Below are positions 41,989 to 53,866 of a stretch of DNA of 64,000 bases, piece by piece. Source of the stretch: Brevinematales bacterium. Its GTDB lineage: Bacteria > Spirochaetota > Brevinematia > DTOW01. Location: positions 3,519-67,518 of the forward strand of contig JAOAHF010000011.1 in assembly GCA_026415355.1 (NCBI GenBank), written 5' to 3'. The notes under the pieces were generated by a model. That model ran no database searches. It saw only the letters and a program-made list of their open reading frames with translations, and was not told where the DNA came from. Each line of letters starts with the position of its first letter. Within the stretch, counting starts at the first letter, position 1. The position numbers were made by a program, and so were the translations under genes.

Positions 41989-42587
41989 CCTCTAACATCT
42001 CCAAATCTAAAACTATCTCCATGCCCAGGAAAACAAATATCATCATCTCTAAGAATAGACAATAATCTACCAAGAGATAATAGAATATCTCTTTCATTAC
42101 CTCCTACCAAATCTGTCCTACCATACGAAAATCTAAAAAGCGTATCACCAGTAAAAACTACATTCCAATGAGGAGAATATATACATATACCCCCTGGAGT
42201 ATGACCGGGTGTATGTATGATTGTGAATTCAATTTCACCTATTGATATTCTATCTCCATCATGTAAGACAGTAGCAGGTTTCAAAGAGTAGAAAGGCTTA
42301 GCAAAATATGCTGATAGATTCTGAAAAGGGTTTGATATCATTTCTTCATCATATTTCCCCACCAAAAGTTTTGCAGATGTAGAAGAAACCAACAAATTAT
42401 TACCCATTATATGATCAAAATGCCCATGAGTATTTATAACGTATCTCAGATCAATAGATTTCTTTTTTACAAACTCGATTATCAAATCAGGATGATCAGC
42501 TGGATCGATAACAAGTCCTTCCCCACTATCCCATACGACATAACAGTTAGTTTGATTAATACCTAGACTAAATATCTCTATATTCAT
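41961..42587 (-). CDS. MBL-fold metallo-hydrolase (glyoxalase II-like)
   Basis: TNCYVVWD...VINTHGHFDHIMGN...HTPGHTPGG...GDTLF are metallo-beta-lactamase motifs. It overlaps the downstream gene by 28 nt. Confidence 0.75.
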   Translation of the reverse strand: MNIEIFSLGINQTNCYVVWDSGEGLVIDPADHPDLIIEFVKKKSIDLRYVINTHGHFDHIMGNNLLVSSTSAKLLVGKYDEEMISNPFQNLSAYFAKPFYSLKPATVLHDGDRISIGEIEFTIIHTPGHTPGGICIYSPHWNVVFTGDTLFRFSYGRTDLVGGNERDILLSLGRLLSILRDDDICFPGHGDSFRFGDVRGWLERLIGL

Positions 42588-42679
42588 AAACTTATCTCAA
42601 ACTTTAGAAGCAATAAAAAAATTGCATACCCTAACTAAAAATAACAAAAATAAATTTCTCTAGTAGCTAAAATTAAAGG

Positions 42680-42693
42680 AGGGCATAGCCCCC
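42680..42693 (-). terminator. putative short hairpin terminator downstream of pgk
   Basis: GGGC-ATA-GCCC hairpin followed on the minus strand by a TTTAATTTT run. The stem is short, so this is a weak call. Confidence 0.3.
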
Positions 42694-42705
42694 CAATTTA
42701 CTTAA

Positions 42706-43905
42706 TTACTTATCGTCAAGAACAACTATACCAGGAAGAGGTTTACCTTCAACAAACTCGAGAGAAGCACCACCACCAGTTGATATATGTGTCATTTTAC
42801 TTTCAACTCCTGCTTTAGCAACAGCAGCAGCAGAATCTCCACCGCCTATGACCTTTATCGCATCCTTGAGACTTGCTAAGAGTTTAGCAACTTCAACAGT
42901 TCCCTTTGCAAATTCATCTTTTTCAAAAACACCCAGAGGACCATTCCAAAATATAGTCTTAGCATTCTTTAGTTCATCACTAAATATCTTTATAGTTTGA
43001 GGACCTATATCAACACCTATCATATCAATAGGTATTTCATTTTTGCTCACCGTTTTTACTTTGGTTGGATTATCAATACTATCTGTAACAACTACATCTT
43101 CTGGTAATACGATGGTAACATTCTTCTCTTTCGCTTTTTGTAATATATCAAAAGCTACCGAAACATAATCCTGTTCTAGAAGTGATTTACCTATTTCAAT
43201 TCCCATGGCCTTGTAAAATGTAAACATCATTCCACCACCTATTAGCAGTTTATCAACCTTATTCAGCAATGAATTTATAACATCAATTTTGGTAGATACT
43301 TTAGAACCACCGAGAATTGCCACAAAAGGTCTTTTTGGATCATCTAATGACTTGCCAAGGTACTCAAGTTCTTTTTCAACAAGGAAACCAGCAACCGCAG
43401 GCTTACCCATTTGTTTCATAATCCTGGGTAGTGCTTCAACAGAAGCATGCGCTCTATGAACACTACCAAATGCATCACATACAAAGGCATCAACTACTTC
43501 AGCCCACTTTCTAGCAAAGTTTTCGTCGTTTGCTTCTTCTTCTTTATAGAACCTTACATTCTCTAATAGTAAAACTTCTCCTGGCTTGAGATTCTTGATT
43601 TCATTTATTGCCTCATCATTCACACAATCAGGAACAAACTTTACATTTACACCCAATCTCTCCGAAAGTACCTTCTGAACTGGTAACAGACTACTTTTAG
43701 GATCTCTTCCCTTTGGTCTACCAAGATGAGATACCAAAACTATCGCGGCTTTTTTCTCAAGAAGATATTTTATTGTTGGAATAGCAGCATCCACTCTAGT
43801 ATAATCAGTTATATTACCGTTAGAATCAAGGGGTACGTTAAAGTCTTCTCTAATGAACACTTTTTTACCAGCTAAATCAACATCTCTTACTGTCTTTTTA
43901 TTCAT
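42706..43905 (-). CDS. pgk: phosphoglycerate kinase (not fused to tpi)
   Basis: 399 aa with VFIREDFNVPLD, SHLGRP, GGGASLEF. Confidence 0.9.
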   Translation of the reverse strand: MNKKTVRDVDLAGKKVFIREDFNVPLDSNGNITDYTRVDAAIPTIKYLLEKKAAIVLVSHLGRPKGRDPKSSLLPVQKVLSERLGVNVKFVPDCVNDEAINEIKNLKPGEVLLLENVRFYKEEEANDENFARKWAEVVDAFVCDAFGSVHRAHASVEALPRIMKQMGKPAVAGFLVEKELEYLGKSLDDPKRPFVAILGGSKVSTKIDVINSLLNKVDKLLIGGGMMFTFYKAMGIEIGKSLLEQDYVSVAFDILQKAKEKNVTIVLPEDVVVTDSIDNPTKVKTVSKNEIPIDMIGVDIGPQTIKIFSDELKNAKTIFWNGPLGVFEKDEFAKGTVEVAKLLASLKDAIKVIGGGDSAAAVAKAGVESKMTHISTGGGASLEFVEGKPLPGIVVLDDK

Positions 43906-43928
43906 AACTCCTCCCTAAAGAATTAATA

Positions 43929-45014
<1,086 letters not shown>

Positions 45015-45164
45015 TTAAAATTTTACTCTATTTTTATAGAAAACTTAACAAAAAGTCAAGAAACTATCCCAACTTTGCTACAAATCCTAAATAACAATTC
45101 TCACAAAATTTACAGTCAAACAAATCACCCAAACTTCTAGTAAAGTAAAAATACAATGTTGAAA

Positions 45165-45746
45165 CTAAAACTTAAGCTTATCCTCGACAAATTTTTTATA
45201 CTTTATGTAATCCTCAGTAGCAATAATCAAAGGCACTATTATAGAACTAGCAATTACATAAGCCCATTGTTGTGTATTCAAACTCCTACTCATATCTTTG
45301 TAATTGTAAAAAGAAACTTGCTCCATTAAATATTTAACAACCATATAAGTAGTTGGTATAGAAACCAAAAGTATTATCTCATACCTTCTTTCATAGCTCA
45401 TAAAAAAGGGTTTTTCTTTCAGATCTCTTCTATCATCAAATTCAAAAGAAACTCTCAAAGATTTCTGTTCCTCAAAATTGACAGGTTTTAAAAAATTCGT
45501 TGAATGTACAGTGAAATTAGTATAAAATTGCTTAATTTCAAGTAATTTGACTAAGTCTTCAATTGAAAGATAATTAGTAGAAGATTGTACTAGAGAATTA
45601 CTGACATCTGTGTTAACTAGCTGAGAAAAAACTTTATACTCAGTTGGAATGACAAAAAAACCTAATAATATGAAAAACTTAAACACTACTCTATAGCTCT
45701 TGTGCATACACTTCATCAACCACAAGATAATTATAAAATCAAACAT
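45165..45746 (-). CDS. hypothetical exported protein
   Basis: 193-aa ORF with N-terminal hydrophobic segments. No recognisable motif. Confidence 0.3.
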   Translation of the reverse strand: MFDFIIILWLMKCMHKSYRVVFKFFILLGFFVIPTEYKVFSQLVNTDVSNSLVQSSTNYLSIEDLVKLLEIKQFYTNFTVHSTNFLKPVNFEEQKSLRVSFEFDDRRDLKEKPFFMSYERRYEIILLVSIPTTYMVVKYLMEQVSFYNYKDMSRSLNTQQWAYVIASSIIVPLIIATEDYIKYKKFVEDKLKF

Positions 45747-45912
45747 GTACTTGGTATCAAAAACATTAAAACCAACAAAAAGTACTTTTTATCCCAAAAA
45801 ACAACACTATCAAATACAATAAGACCTAGATACTCTTTGAGAAAGTCAAGTTTAGACAAAACTTTGAATAAAAACATTTTATCAGATTATAATTCATTGA
45901 GAGGTTATAGAT

Positions 45913-46254
45913 ATGTTTATAAAGAATATTGTACTTGGGGTTTTAGGTATCATTATTTTTCCGATATTATACCTATTTTTTAGTAATCCTACCGTCTTGA
46001 TATTCGGAATGATAGTAAGTATTCTGCTTGTACTATTCTACTTTGTAAACGTATATGTAATGGGTAAAAGGAGAACTTTTTTTACATCTTTATCATCTTG
46101 GATAGTAATACTATCCTTTGGAATACCATTATCATACTTTTTCACAAAAGACATATATAACATAATTATCTACACTGGAACAATAAGTCTATCACTGAGC
46201 TGGCTACTTGTTTTATATGAACTAATAGCAAGTGAAACATTCAAAGGTTACTAG
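45913..46254 (+). CDS. hypothetical small membrane protein (4 predicted TM)
   Basis: 113 aa, very hydrophobic. Its last 4 nt overlap the aroB stop convergently. Confidence 0.3.
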   Translation: MFIKNIVLGVLGIIIFPILYLFFSNPTVLIFGMIVSILLVLFYFVNVYVMGKRRTFFTSLSSWIVILSFGIPLSYFFTKDIYNIIIYTGTISLSLSWLLVLYELIASETFKGY

Positions 46255-47363
46255 ATTACTTTTAAGGCATCAATTATTATTCTTGGTTCAATTGTTATAG
46301 CATACGTATCTACCATCCTACCAATGGATTTGGGAAGAGACATATTGATTTGTGATTTCAGTGATTTTTTATCCCCTTTCATAAATTCTATCATATTAGA
46401 TATAGCTCTACTATCGTTTTTTACACCTAAATCTCTTAACGTAGTAGGTATTTTATACAACTTCATGATATCTACTATTCGATCATAATCACTTTTCTTC
46501 ATTACGTTTATTTTGGTTGATATAAAGCTTTCTACAACTATACCTACCCCAACTGCAAGTCCGTGTAATATCCTGTAATTAGAAAATAACTCTATTGCAT
46601 GACCAACAGTATGACCAAAATTAAGTATCTGTCTCAAACCTGTTACTTCTCGCTCATCAGCTTCAACAACTTCCTTTTTTATCCTACAACTAATCTCAAT
46701 CATCTTCGCAACAATCTCATCATCCTTATTAACTATACTATCATGGTTGTCTTCAAGGAACTTAAAAAAGTCCTCATCCCTTATAATTGCATGTTTTATA
46801 ACTTCGACAAGTCCATTTTTGTACTGAATTTCAGGTAATGTATCTAAAAACATTGTATCAATTATGACAGACTTGGGTTGATGGAAAGCCCCCACAGTAT
46901 TCTTACCATAAGGGGTATCAACACCAACTTTCCCACCAATAGAACTATCAACCATACTTAAAAGCGTAGTAGGAACCTGAATAAAGTTTATACCTCTCAA
47001 ATAAGTTGAAGAAACAAACCCTGCGATATCTCCAACAACCCCGCCACCAAATGCTACTACTATACCTTTTCTATCTACTTTAAATCTAAGCATCTCATTT
47101 TCAATATATTCTTTAGTCTTTCTATTCTTGTACTTCTCACCAGTAGGTATAATTATAACATGTATAGGCAAATTCAAAACTTTTAGATAGCTTATCATCA
47201 AAGATAAATATAACCTTGAAACTATGCTATCAGTTATTACAACTACAGATGACGATGAACACTTGATCACTTCATCCTTTATCTTTCCCAATACACCACT
47301 ACCTATATATATAGGATATGAAAGATCCTCATTTCGTTGTATATTAACTGTTAATTTTACCAT
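46251..47363 (-). CDS. aroB: 3-dehydroquinate synthase
   Basis: GGGVVGDIAGFVSSTYLRGINFIQVPTTLLSMVDSSIGGKVGVD and HGLAVGVG. Confidence 0.85.
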   Translation of the reverse strand: MVKLTVNIQRNEDLSYPIYIGSGVLGKIKDEVIKCSSSSVVVITDSIVSRLYLSLMISYLKVLNLPIHVIIIPTGEKYKNRKTKEYIENEMLRFKVDRKGIVVAFGGGVVGDIAGFVSSTYLRGINFIQVPTTLLSMVDSSIGGKVGVDTPYGKNTVGAFHQPKSVIIDTMFLDTLPEIQYKNGLVEVIKHAIIRDEDFFKFLEDNHDSIVNKDDEIVAKMIEISCRIKKEVVEADEREVTGLRQILNFGHTVGHAIELFSNYRILHGLAVGVGIVVESFISTKINVMKKSDYDRIVDIMKLYKIPTTLRDLGVKNDSRAISNMIEFMKGDKKSLKSQINMSLPKSIGRMVDTYAITIEPRIIIDALKVI

Positions 47364-47366
47364 ATT

Positions 47367-47867
47367 CTATTTTTTCTCTTTTTTCTCAAGATACAATCCT
47401 CTTTCTAACGCAACTTTACCAGTTCTCGCCATCTCTAATATACCATAAGGTTTCATTAATTCAATAAAACCTTCAACTTTTTCTGAGGATCCTGTTATCT
47501 CCACTACGAGGGAGTTGTGAGAGACATCAACAACCTTTGCCTTGAAAACCTCAACAATTTCTATGACTTCACTCCTTCTCTCCTTTGGTATAGATATTCT
47601 GAGCAAAGCAAGTTCCCTTTCAACCCTTGGTGATTCAGTAATATCCTTTACTTTTATTGTCTCAACTAGTTTTGATAGTTGCTTTCTAACTTGTTCAGCA
47701 GTTCTTTCATCTTCATCAACAACTATTGTCATAACTGATACTTCAGGATCTTCTGTCTCACCAACAGATAAACTCTTTATATTAAACCCCCTAGCACTAA
47801 ACAACCCAGAAACCCTTGCTAAAACACCAACGCTATTCTCAACCCAAACCACTATGGTTCTATCCAT
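47367..47867 (-). CDS. ilvH: acetolactate synthase small (regulatory, ACT) subunit, no large subunit adjacent
   Basis: MDRTIVVWVENSVGVLARVSGLFSARGFNIKSLSVGETEDPEVSVMTIVV aligns along its length to E. coli IlvH. Confidence 0.75.
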   Translation of the reverse strand: MDRTIVVWVENSVGVLARVSGLFSARGFNIKSLSVGETEDPEVSVMTIVVDEDERTAEQVRKQLSKLVETIKVKDITESPRVERELALLRISIPKERRSEVIEIVEVFKAKVVDVSHNSLVVEITGSSEKVEGFIELMKPYGILEMARTGKVALERGLYLEKKEKK

Positions 47868-47962
47868 ATCAATCCCTCTCGAGAATTAAGTATTATATTA
47901 AACATTATCTAGTTTCAATTATTCACTTGATTAGCAGAAACATATTTAAGTAAAATTAAAAC

Positions 47963-48634
47963 ATGAGTGAGAATTTCAAGAACTACTACGAGATACTCGA
48001 TGTTGATTTTGGCGCATCAATTGAGGAAATAAAAGCAAGTTTCAGAAAACTTGCAAAAAAATATCATCCTGACTTAAACAACGGAAAAGATACAAAAGAC
48101 TTCAAAATAATACTAGAAGCTTATAAAATCTTATCAGACGATAAACTAAGATCAAACTATGATAAAGAGTACTTAAAAAGAATAACACCCCTTAAAAAAT
48201 TCAAAAACACTACAAACATCATAGATCCATCCAGGATAGAATATAAGTTATCTCTACTCAACATATCAAAAGCAGGTTTTGATTTATCAAAAAAATTCAA
48301 GAGAAAAGAATTTCTAGAAGAGCTAGGAGAAGACCTTGTAATATACCTCACAGACAAAGAAATAAAAGAAGGAGCACTTCTAGCAATAAAACTACCTGCC
48401 AGATCTGTATGCGACGTATGCTATGGGACAAACAGAAATTGTTACAGGTGCGATGGAACAGGATATGTAACAACTATACAAGAAGTAAAAATACACATAC
48501 CTCCTAACATTAAACACTCTGAAACAATCTATGTTGAGTTAGGCAAAATCGAAAAACGCAAAGGTGTAACAAAGTTTCTACCCAATGATTTAAAAATCAA
48601 GATAAAATGGTTATCAGCATCAGATATAGACTAG
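47963..48634 (+). CDS. J-domain protein with a single CxxC...CxxC zinc-finger module (truncated DnaJ-like co-chaperone)
   Basis: [32 protein letters not shown] contains the HPD motif. [20 protein letters not shown] is a zinc-finger module. At 223 aa it lacks the DnaJ C-terminal domains. Confidence 0.7.
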   Translation: MSENFKNYYEILDVDFGASIEEIKASFRKLAKKYHPDLNNGKDTKDFKIILEAYKILSDDKLRSNYDKEYLKRITPLKKFKNTTNIIDPSRIEYKLSLLNISKAGFDLSKKFKRKEFLEELGEDLVIYLTDKEIKEGALLAIKLPARSVCDVCYGTNRNCYRCDGTGYVTTIQEVKIHIPPNIKHSETIYVELGKIEKRKGVTKFLPNDLKIKIKWLSASDID

Positions 48635-50070
48635 AGTTCTCTCGCAAATTTTGATATATCCTTTATTTTAACATCACCACTTTTTTCTATTGATTTAGTC
48701 CAATCGGCAAATATAGATTCTTGATAGAGGAATTGATACGCTGAATATATCTTATCAGCAACTTCAGAAATCTTTGAAGGTATAACTTCTTTTGTTAGTA
48801 CCTTATAGATAACCTTCGTACTCTGACCTACATCTGCAACCCCAATATCACTTTGAGACTTCTTAAATAAAGAAGAAATTAATTCCAGATCATAAAATTC
48901 TCTAGGTAACGAAAGGGCTTCTCCCTTTGTATCCGGAATATACTCAGTTAAAGCTTTAACTATACTAAATTTCCCAGTAGTATATAATTTTACACCTTTT
49001 ACTGTACTTACCTTTGTTATTTCGTTCCTTATCAAAAAATCTTTAATCTTATTAACCTCATTCCTAATCCTATCTGAATACTTACCCTGTAAGTAAGGAT
49101 AATTAGATAGTGTATACTTTAAAGAAACATAATCTTTGAGTTTTTGTGTCAAAGTATCAAATGAAGCAATTCTTGCAACCTTGTAAACAACATATTTTCT
49201 ATTCTCAAAGAAAGGCTTTGAAAGGGAATTTATATCATCCGGCAAACCAGTTATTATATTTTTATTCTTCTCAGGATCTAGTTTTACCAATACTTTTTCT
49301 TCATAACTACTACCTATGTTAGAAACAAAGGAAAAAGCGGAAGCTCTATCACTGAAAATAAATTTTTCAACATCGATTGATATCTTAGCATCTACCACTA
49401 TGTCTTTGTAGTTTGAAAGATAATATTTCTCAATTTCCTTTATGTTTAACTCGATTTCATTACGCCTTATATACTCAACTTCATCAAATTCAACTAACTG
49501 AAGAGATATCTTTCTATCATCGAGAGACTTAAAAATATAGAAGCTAACCTGAGATCGCTTTGGAATCCTACTTACGAAGGTATTTATTTTTGTAGGTAGG
49601 TAAGAAGACTTAAGTATAGACTCAACATTCAACCTCGCAAGTTTAATATCATGTGATGATACATCACTTTTTCTTGTTATAGCATATATATTTTCTGCTG
49701 TCACTTTATCTATAAACTCATCAGTTATATCAAAACCGTTATTTTTAGCAAATTCTTCTGTAAGCATTCCTACTATAACATTCTGTACTGCTTTTGTCAA
49801 AACTTCTTCCTTAGTTCTGGTTTTGTATATTTCTCTCAATCTCTCGTACTCTCTTACAACAGGAGAATTACCATAAAATTCAACAGGTTTGCCATTAACC
49901 TCTGCTATAGACTCAAATTCTTGAGTAGGAGTACTTCTATCACTGTAAGATAAAAAAATTGATAGAGAAAATATAAAAACTATAAAAAGTATTACAGCAG
50001 TAGCAAAAATTCTCTTTAAGTTTGGTTGTTTCTTCTTTGATCCTTTATCCATATCTACCTCCAACTGCAT
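48631..50070 (-). CDS. SurA/PpiD-like periplasmic chaperone (N-terminal chaperone domain, no clear PPIase motif)
   Basis: N-terminal TM, then AEVNGKPV..., as seen at the start of SurA/PpiD N-domains. 479 aa. Confidence 0.4.
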   Translation of the reverse strand: MQLEVDMDKGSKKKQPNLKRIFATAVILFIVFIFSLSIFLSYSDRSTPTQEFESIAEVNGKPVEFYGNSPVVREYERLREIYKTRTKEEVLTKAVQNVIVGMLTEEFAKNNGFDITDEFIDKVTAENIYAITRKSDVSSHDIKLARLNVESILKSSYLPTKINTFVSRIPKRSQVSFYIFKSLDDRKISLQLVEFDEVEYIRRNEIELNIKEIEKYYLSNYKDIVVDAKISIDVEKFIFSDRASAFSFVSNIGSSYEEKVLVKLDPEKNKNIITGLPDDINSLSKPFFENRKYVVYKVARIASFDTLTQKLKDYVSLKYTLSNYPYLQGKYSDRIRNEVNKIKDFLIRNEITKVSTVKGVKLYTTGKFSIVKALTEYIPDTKGEALSLPREFYDLELISSLFKKSQSDIGVADVGQSTKVIYKVLTKEVIPSKISEVADKIYSAYQFLYQESIFADWTKSIEKSGDVKIKDISKFAREL

Positions 50071-50106
50071 ACTAAAACAACAAAATTAGCACTATATACA
50101 ACAAAA

Positions 50107-50481
50107 TCATTCCGAAAACCTATAATCTGGATTGTACTTCAGGACTTCATTATAGACATAGTATCCAAAATATTCTAACATCATAGGTGTTGGAAACGTT
50201 TCTATGACTTCATACTCCTTTATCCTCATTATAGAATTACTGAAATTAATATCTGCTTTTATTCTTTCATCAATCAATCTAGAAGCCTCTTCATACTTCT
50301 TTTCAAAAAACAACTTCCTCTCCTCCTCATTCAAAAGCCTAACAAAACTTTCATACCTATGTTTATATCTATACGAAGGTTCAAGCGAAGTAGCAGGTAT
50401 AACCTGTAGTATTCCTAATACTACAACTAACAACAAAAAGACACTCAAAAATACAAAATAAGCTTTAAGAGAATTACTCAT
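50107..50481 (-). CDS. hypothetical small membrane-anchored protein
   Basis: 124 aa with one N-terminal TM. It sits between the TPR and SurA-like genes on the same strand. Confidence 0.35.
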   Translation of the reverse strand: MSNSLKAYFVFLSVFLLLVVVLGILQVIPATSLEPSYRYKHRYESFVRLLNEEERKLFFEKKYEEASRLIDERIKADINFSNSIMRIKEYEVIETFPTPMMLEYFGYYVYNEVLKYNPDYRFSE

Positions 50482-50492
50482 AAAACCACCTC

Positions 50493-52553
50493 CTACTTTT
50501 TAAGCATATTTATTCTCTGTAAAGCATAACTATACTCTTGGGTACTGGGACCCGACCAATTATCAACAAACAGAGAATAATATTTTAATGCTTCCTCTCT
50601 CTTACCTAAATTATCAGCAGAAAACCCAACAGCAAAGTAAAGGTATTTATTATCCTTAACTCTAGCAACACCTTCAAGTCCATACTTGTAAGCACTGCTG
50701 AAATCTCTAATTGAGATGTAGAAATTTATAACATTCATGTAAAACACACTATCCTTATTCTTACTCAATTTTATATAGTTCTCAATAGCATTTTTAGCCT
50801 TATTAAGCATTTGTAAATCCACACCTGAAAATCTTGCCAAATATAAATTAGCCAGTTGTAAATATATTTGTGCCTTTTGACCATCATCAGCTAAAGTAGA
50901 TACCATACTCTCATACATCCTTATATTTGAAATAGGAGTTGATTTGAATCTATCTGCTATATTCTTAAGAGTATTCAAATCATTATACTCTGGTGATCTT
51001 TTCGGATCTCCATCAAACTGCTTTTTATAAGACAAATTCTTTATAAGCATATCGCAATACACCTTAACTTCATCCAAGTACCTAGATTCTTCCTCTGGAG
51101 TAGCATAGGTATTAACATACTCAAAAGCTAAAACTCCAAATCTAATAAACGCGTAAGAAGCAAACATGTCAACAGAAATAGCTTCTCTTATGAGAGATAT
51201 CGATCTAAGGAAATATTCTTTTGCTTTTTCAAGATTGTTCTCATCAGCGTAATACTTAGACAACTGATAGTACAACATAGCACTATTAAACAACATTGGA
51301 GCCATATCTGCACCATATTTAACTGCTTCTTCGATATAGTTAGGTATATCTGATTTGTACTGCTCTATCAAGCCAATTAACTCACTCTTAATTCCAGGTT
51401 CAACAATACTAAGTACACTTCGGTATTCTGAAACCTTATCAAAATAATACTTAGCAAGAGAATAGTTAAAAGAAGATGCTATTTCCTTAGTAAGATAATC
51501 CCACCAAACAGATACTGGTGTCTGAGTCCATCTTTGTTTGTAGTAATTGTAGTAATCTGTTGTATCCAAACCATTAGGATGCTCATAATCCTTGACAAAA
51601 TAAACCCTACCACCCCTAACGGATATATACCCCTCTTTTGAGAGATCGGCTAAAACCTGATTAAACACTATATCAAAAACTCTGTTTGCTCTCTGGTTAA
51701 CTTCTTGCACTATTTGGTTTAAACTATTCAAATCAATAATTAGCCCCTCTAAAGATTTCTCATATATAACTCTCTTAACAATTTCATTGTATAATAATTT
51801 ACCATCCTTACCACCTCTGTAAACAAACTCCTTCTTAGGTACAATTCTATTAGTATCAAACTTTACATACCCTTCATATTCCAAAACTCTAGCCAATTCA
51901 AAAACCTTTTGAGCATTGATATTCGGAATTAAAATAGATTTGTATATGCTCTTAACATAATCAATAGGAAGCGATTTGTATTCCTTTAATTTATCAACGA
52001 TAAAGTATTTTGAATCACTAACTTTATACATCATTCCGTATTGTTTATAGTAGTAGTCTCCGTACTTCCAAAGCTCTTTACCGGTCCAAGTCATATAAAC
52101 ATTTTTTTTACCTATTTCGTTCTTAAATTTGTATGCTTCAAACTCAGGTTCACCTTTGGTTTTCAACTCACTCCTATAGAAAGGCTCATATCCGTTAACT
52201 ATGTTATAATCAACTATATCCATTCTAAGCTGAAGGTTCTGAAATGGAAGATACCTTAAATCACCATATATTCTCTTAAAAACATTACCTTTCTGATCGT
52301 AACAAACAACATCAGGCCTTTTAAATTCTACCATCTGAAAATATGCAAGACCAAAAACTTGATTATCTCCACCCTCTGTCATCAAAACAGTGTTAGTAGT
52401 AACAGATCTAAGAAGCCCAAGAGAATAATCATTGTTAAGCCAATCCATTGAGTTATCGTTGTACTTATAATTTTGCAAATATGTAAAAGCAACTAAAATA
52501 AAGAATACCACTCCCAACAATATATCAACAATCAACTTTCTCATACCCACCAC
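50493..52553 (-). CDS. TPR-repeat exported protein
   Basis: 686 aa with an N-terminal signal/TM. The C-terminal half is rich in TPR-like A/Y/L helix pairs (AxxYxxxG patterns). Confidence 0.5.
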   Translation of the reverse strand: MVGMRKLIVDILLGVVFFILVAFTYLQNYKYNDNSMDWLNNDYSLGLLRSVTTNTVLMTEGGDNQVFGLAYFQMVEFKRPDVVCYDQKGNVFKRIYGDLRYLPFQNLQLRMDIVDYNIVNGYEPFYRSELKTKGEPEFEAYKFKNEIGKKNVYMTWTGKELWKYGDYYYKQYGMMYKVSDSKYFIVDKLKEYKSLPIDYVKSIYKSILIPNINAQKVFELARVLEYEGYVKFDTNRIVPKKEFVYRGGKDGKLLYNEIVKRVIYEKSLEGLIIDLNSLNQIVQEVNQRANRVFDIVFNQVLADLSKEGYISVRGGRVYFVKDYEHPNGLDTTDYYNYYKQRWTQTPVSVWWDYLTKEIASSFNYSLAKYYFDKVSEYRSVLSIVEPGIKSELIGLIEQYKSDIPNYIEEAVKYGADMAPMLFNSAMLYYQLSKYYADENNLEKAKEYFLRSISLIREAISVDMFASYAFIRFGVLAFEYVNTYATPEEESRYLDEVKVYCDMLIKNLSYKKQFDGDPKRSPEYNDLNTLKNIADRFKSTPISNIRMYESMVSTLADDGQKAQIYLQLANLYLARFSGVDLQMLNKAKNAIENYIKLSKNKDSVFYMNVINFYISIRDFSSAYKYGLEGVARVKDNKYLYFAVGFSADNLGKREEALKYYSLFVDNWSGPSTQEYSYALQRINMLKK

Positions 52554-52670
52554 CAGACTTTAATACTAATCAAAACAATTCTGTCTTTTCAATTTAATAA
52601 CGATTAAAATACTCCATAAAATATCTTGTCAAACAACTAAAAATCTAAAATAAATCTCCCAAACATCTAT

Positions 52671-53717
52671 TTGATACAACTCAAATTAGTTATTAAAAAT
52701 TCAGACATGGTAGATTTAAAAGATATCTTCAAATTCAAAAAAGTAATGATAGTAGCAGAAATCGGAATAAACCACAATGGAATCATTGATAGACTATTTA
52801 AACTAGTTGAAAAAGCAAAATTATCTAACGCTGACGCTGTAAAATTTCAAATATTTTCCGAAGAACTTTTCTACATACCCGAAAAGTACCTACCTAAAGA
52901 TATATATCAAAAACTACCCATCGAAATATTTAAAAAAGCGTATATACCTTTCCATAAGTACAAAGAAGTTTTTGACTACTCAAAAAGTTTAGGCATTTTA
53001 CCTTTTGCTACCCCTTTAGATCTACAGAGCTTTGAATTCCTAACTAGCATAGAAGTTGAAGTATTTAAAGTAGCAAGCTCTGATATAACATATGTACCAC
53101 TCCTCAAAAGAATCTCGAAAACTAAAAAACCTTGTATTATATCAACAGGTTTTAGTAACATTGATGAAGTTGACAAATATGTAAAGTTACTCAAAAACAA
53201 TCCTCTAGTTGTTATGTTTTGTGTATCAAGGTATCCGTCAACACCTGAAGACATATCAATTAAAGAATTCATAGAGTTCAAAAATAAATTTGAAGATAAG
53301 AAAAGACCATCCCTAGTTGGATTTTCAGACCACACCAAAACTACATCACTACCTATTGCAATGGTAACTCTTGGTGCTAGAGTAGTAGAAAAACATTTAA
53401 CCCTAGATGAGAATGATAACGCCTACGATAACGCTGTTTCTATATCTCCAGAAAAGTTCAAAGTAATGGTTGAAATGATAAGAGAGGTAGAAATTTCACT
53501 ATCAATCCCAAAAAGGAACTTACCCTCGGAGTTTGTCAGAAAAATGTCTGTTAGAAGTCTAGTCTCATCGACCTCTATCAGCAAAGATACATTAATAACA
53601 GAAGATAAATTAGAAGCTCTAAGGCCAGGAATATTCACAGAATCATCTATAAAAAACTGGAACAAGATTATAAACAAAAAAGCACACAAAAACTATTCTC
53701 CAAATGAACCAATATAA
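52671..53717 (+). CDS. neuB: N-acylneuraminate/pseudaminate/legionaminate synthase family (NeuB-like) sugar-phosphate aldolase
   Basis: VMIVAEIGINHNGIIDRLFKLVEKAKLSNADAVKFQ, KVASSDITYVPLLKRISKTKKPCIISTG and SDHT are NeuB signatures. The true start is probably the internal M (MVDLK at about 52707). Confidence 0.8.
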   Translation: MIQLKLVIKNSDMVDLKDIFKFKKVMIVAEIGINHNGIIDRLFKLVEKAKLSNADAVKFQIFSEELFYIPEKYLPKDIYQKLPIEIFKKAYIPFHKYKEVFDYSKSLGILPFATPLDLQSFEFLTSIEVEVFKVASSDITYVPLLKRISKTKKPCIISTGFSNIDEVDKYVKLLKNNPLVVMFCVSRYPSTPEDISIKEFIEFKNKFEDKKRPSLVGFSDHTKTTSLPIAMVTLGARVVEKHLTLDENDNAYDNAVSISPEKFKVMVEMIREVEISLSIPKRNLPSEFVRKMSVRSLVSSTSISKDTLITEDKLEALRPGIFTESSIKNWNKIINKKAHKNYSPNEPI

Positions 53718-53866
53718 ATAATCCTGACAACACATCAACTACTAACAACATTATGTAATTGGAGAGTTAATGAGCTTAAGGATACTAATACTTTTTCCGA
53801 AAATTCCAATTGAGGTTATTGTTGAAAGGATGTAAAGCTATGTGATATACTGTCTAGGGGATAGCT

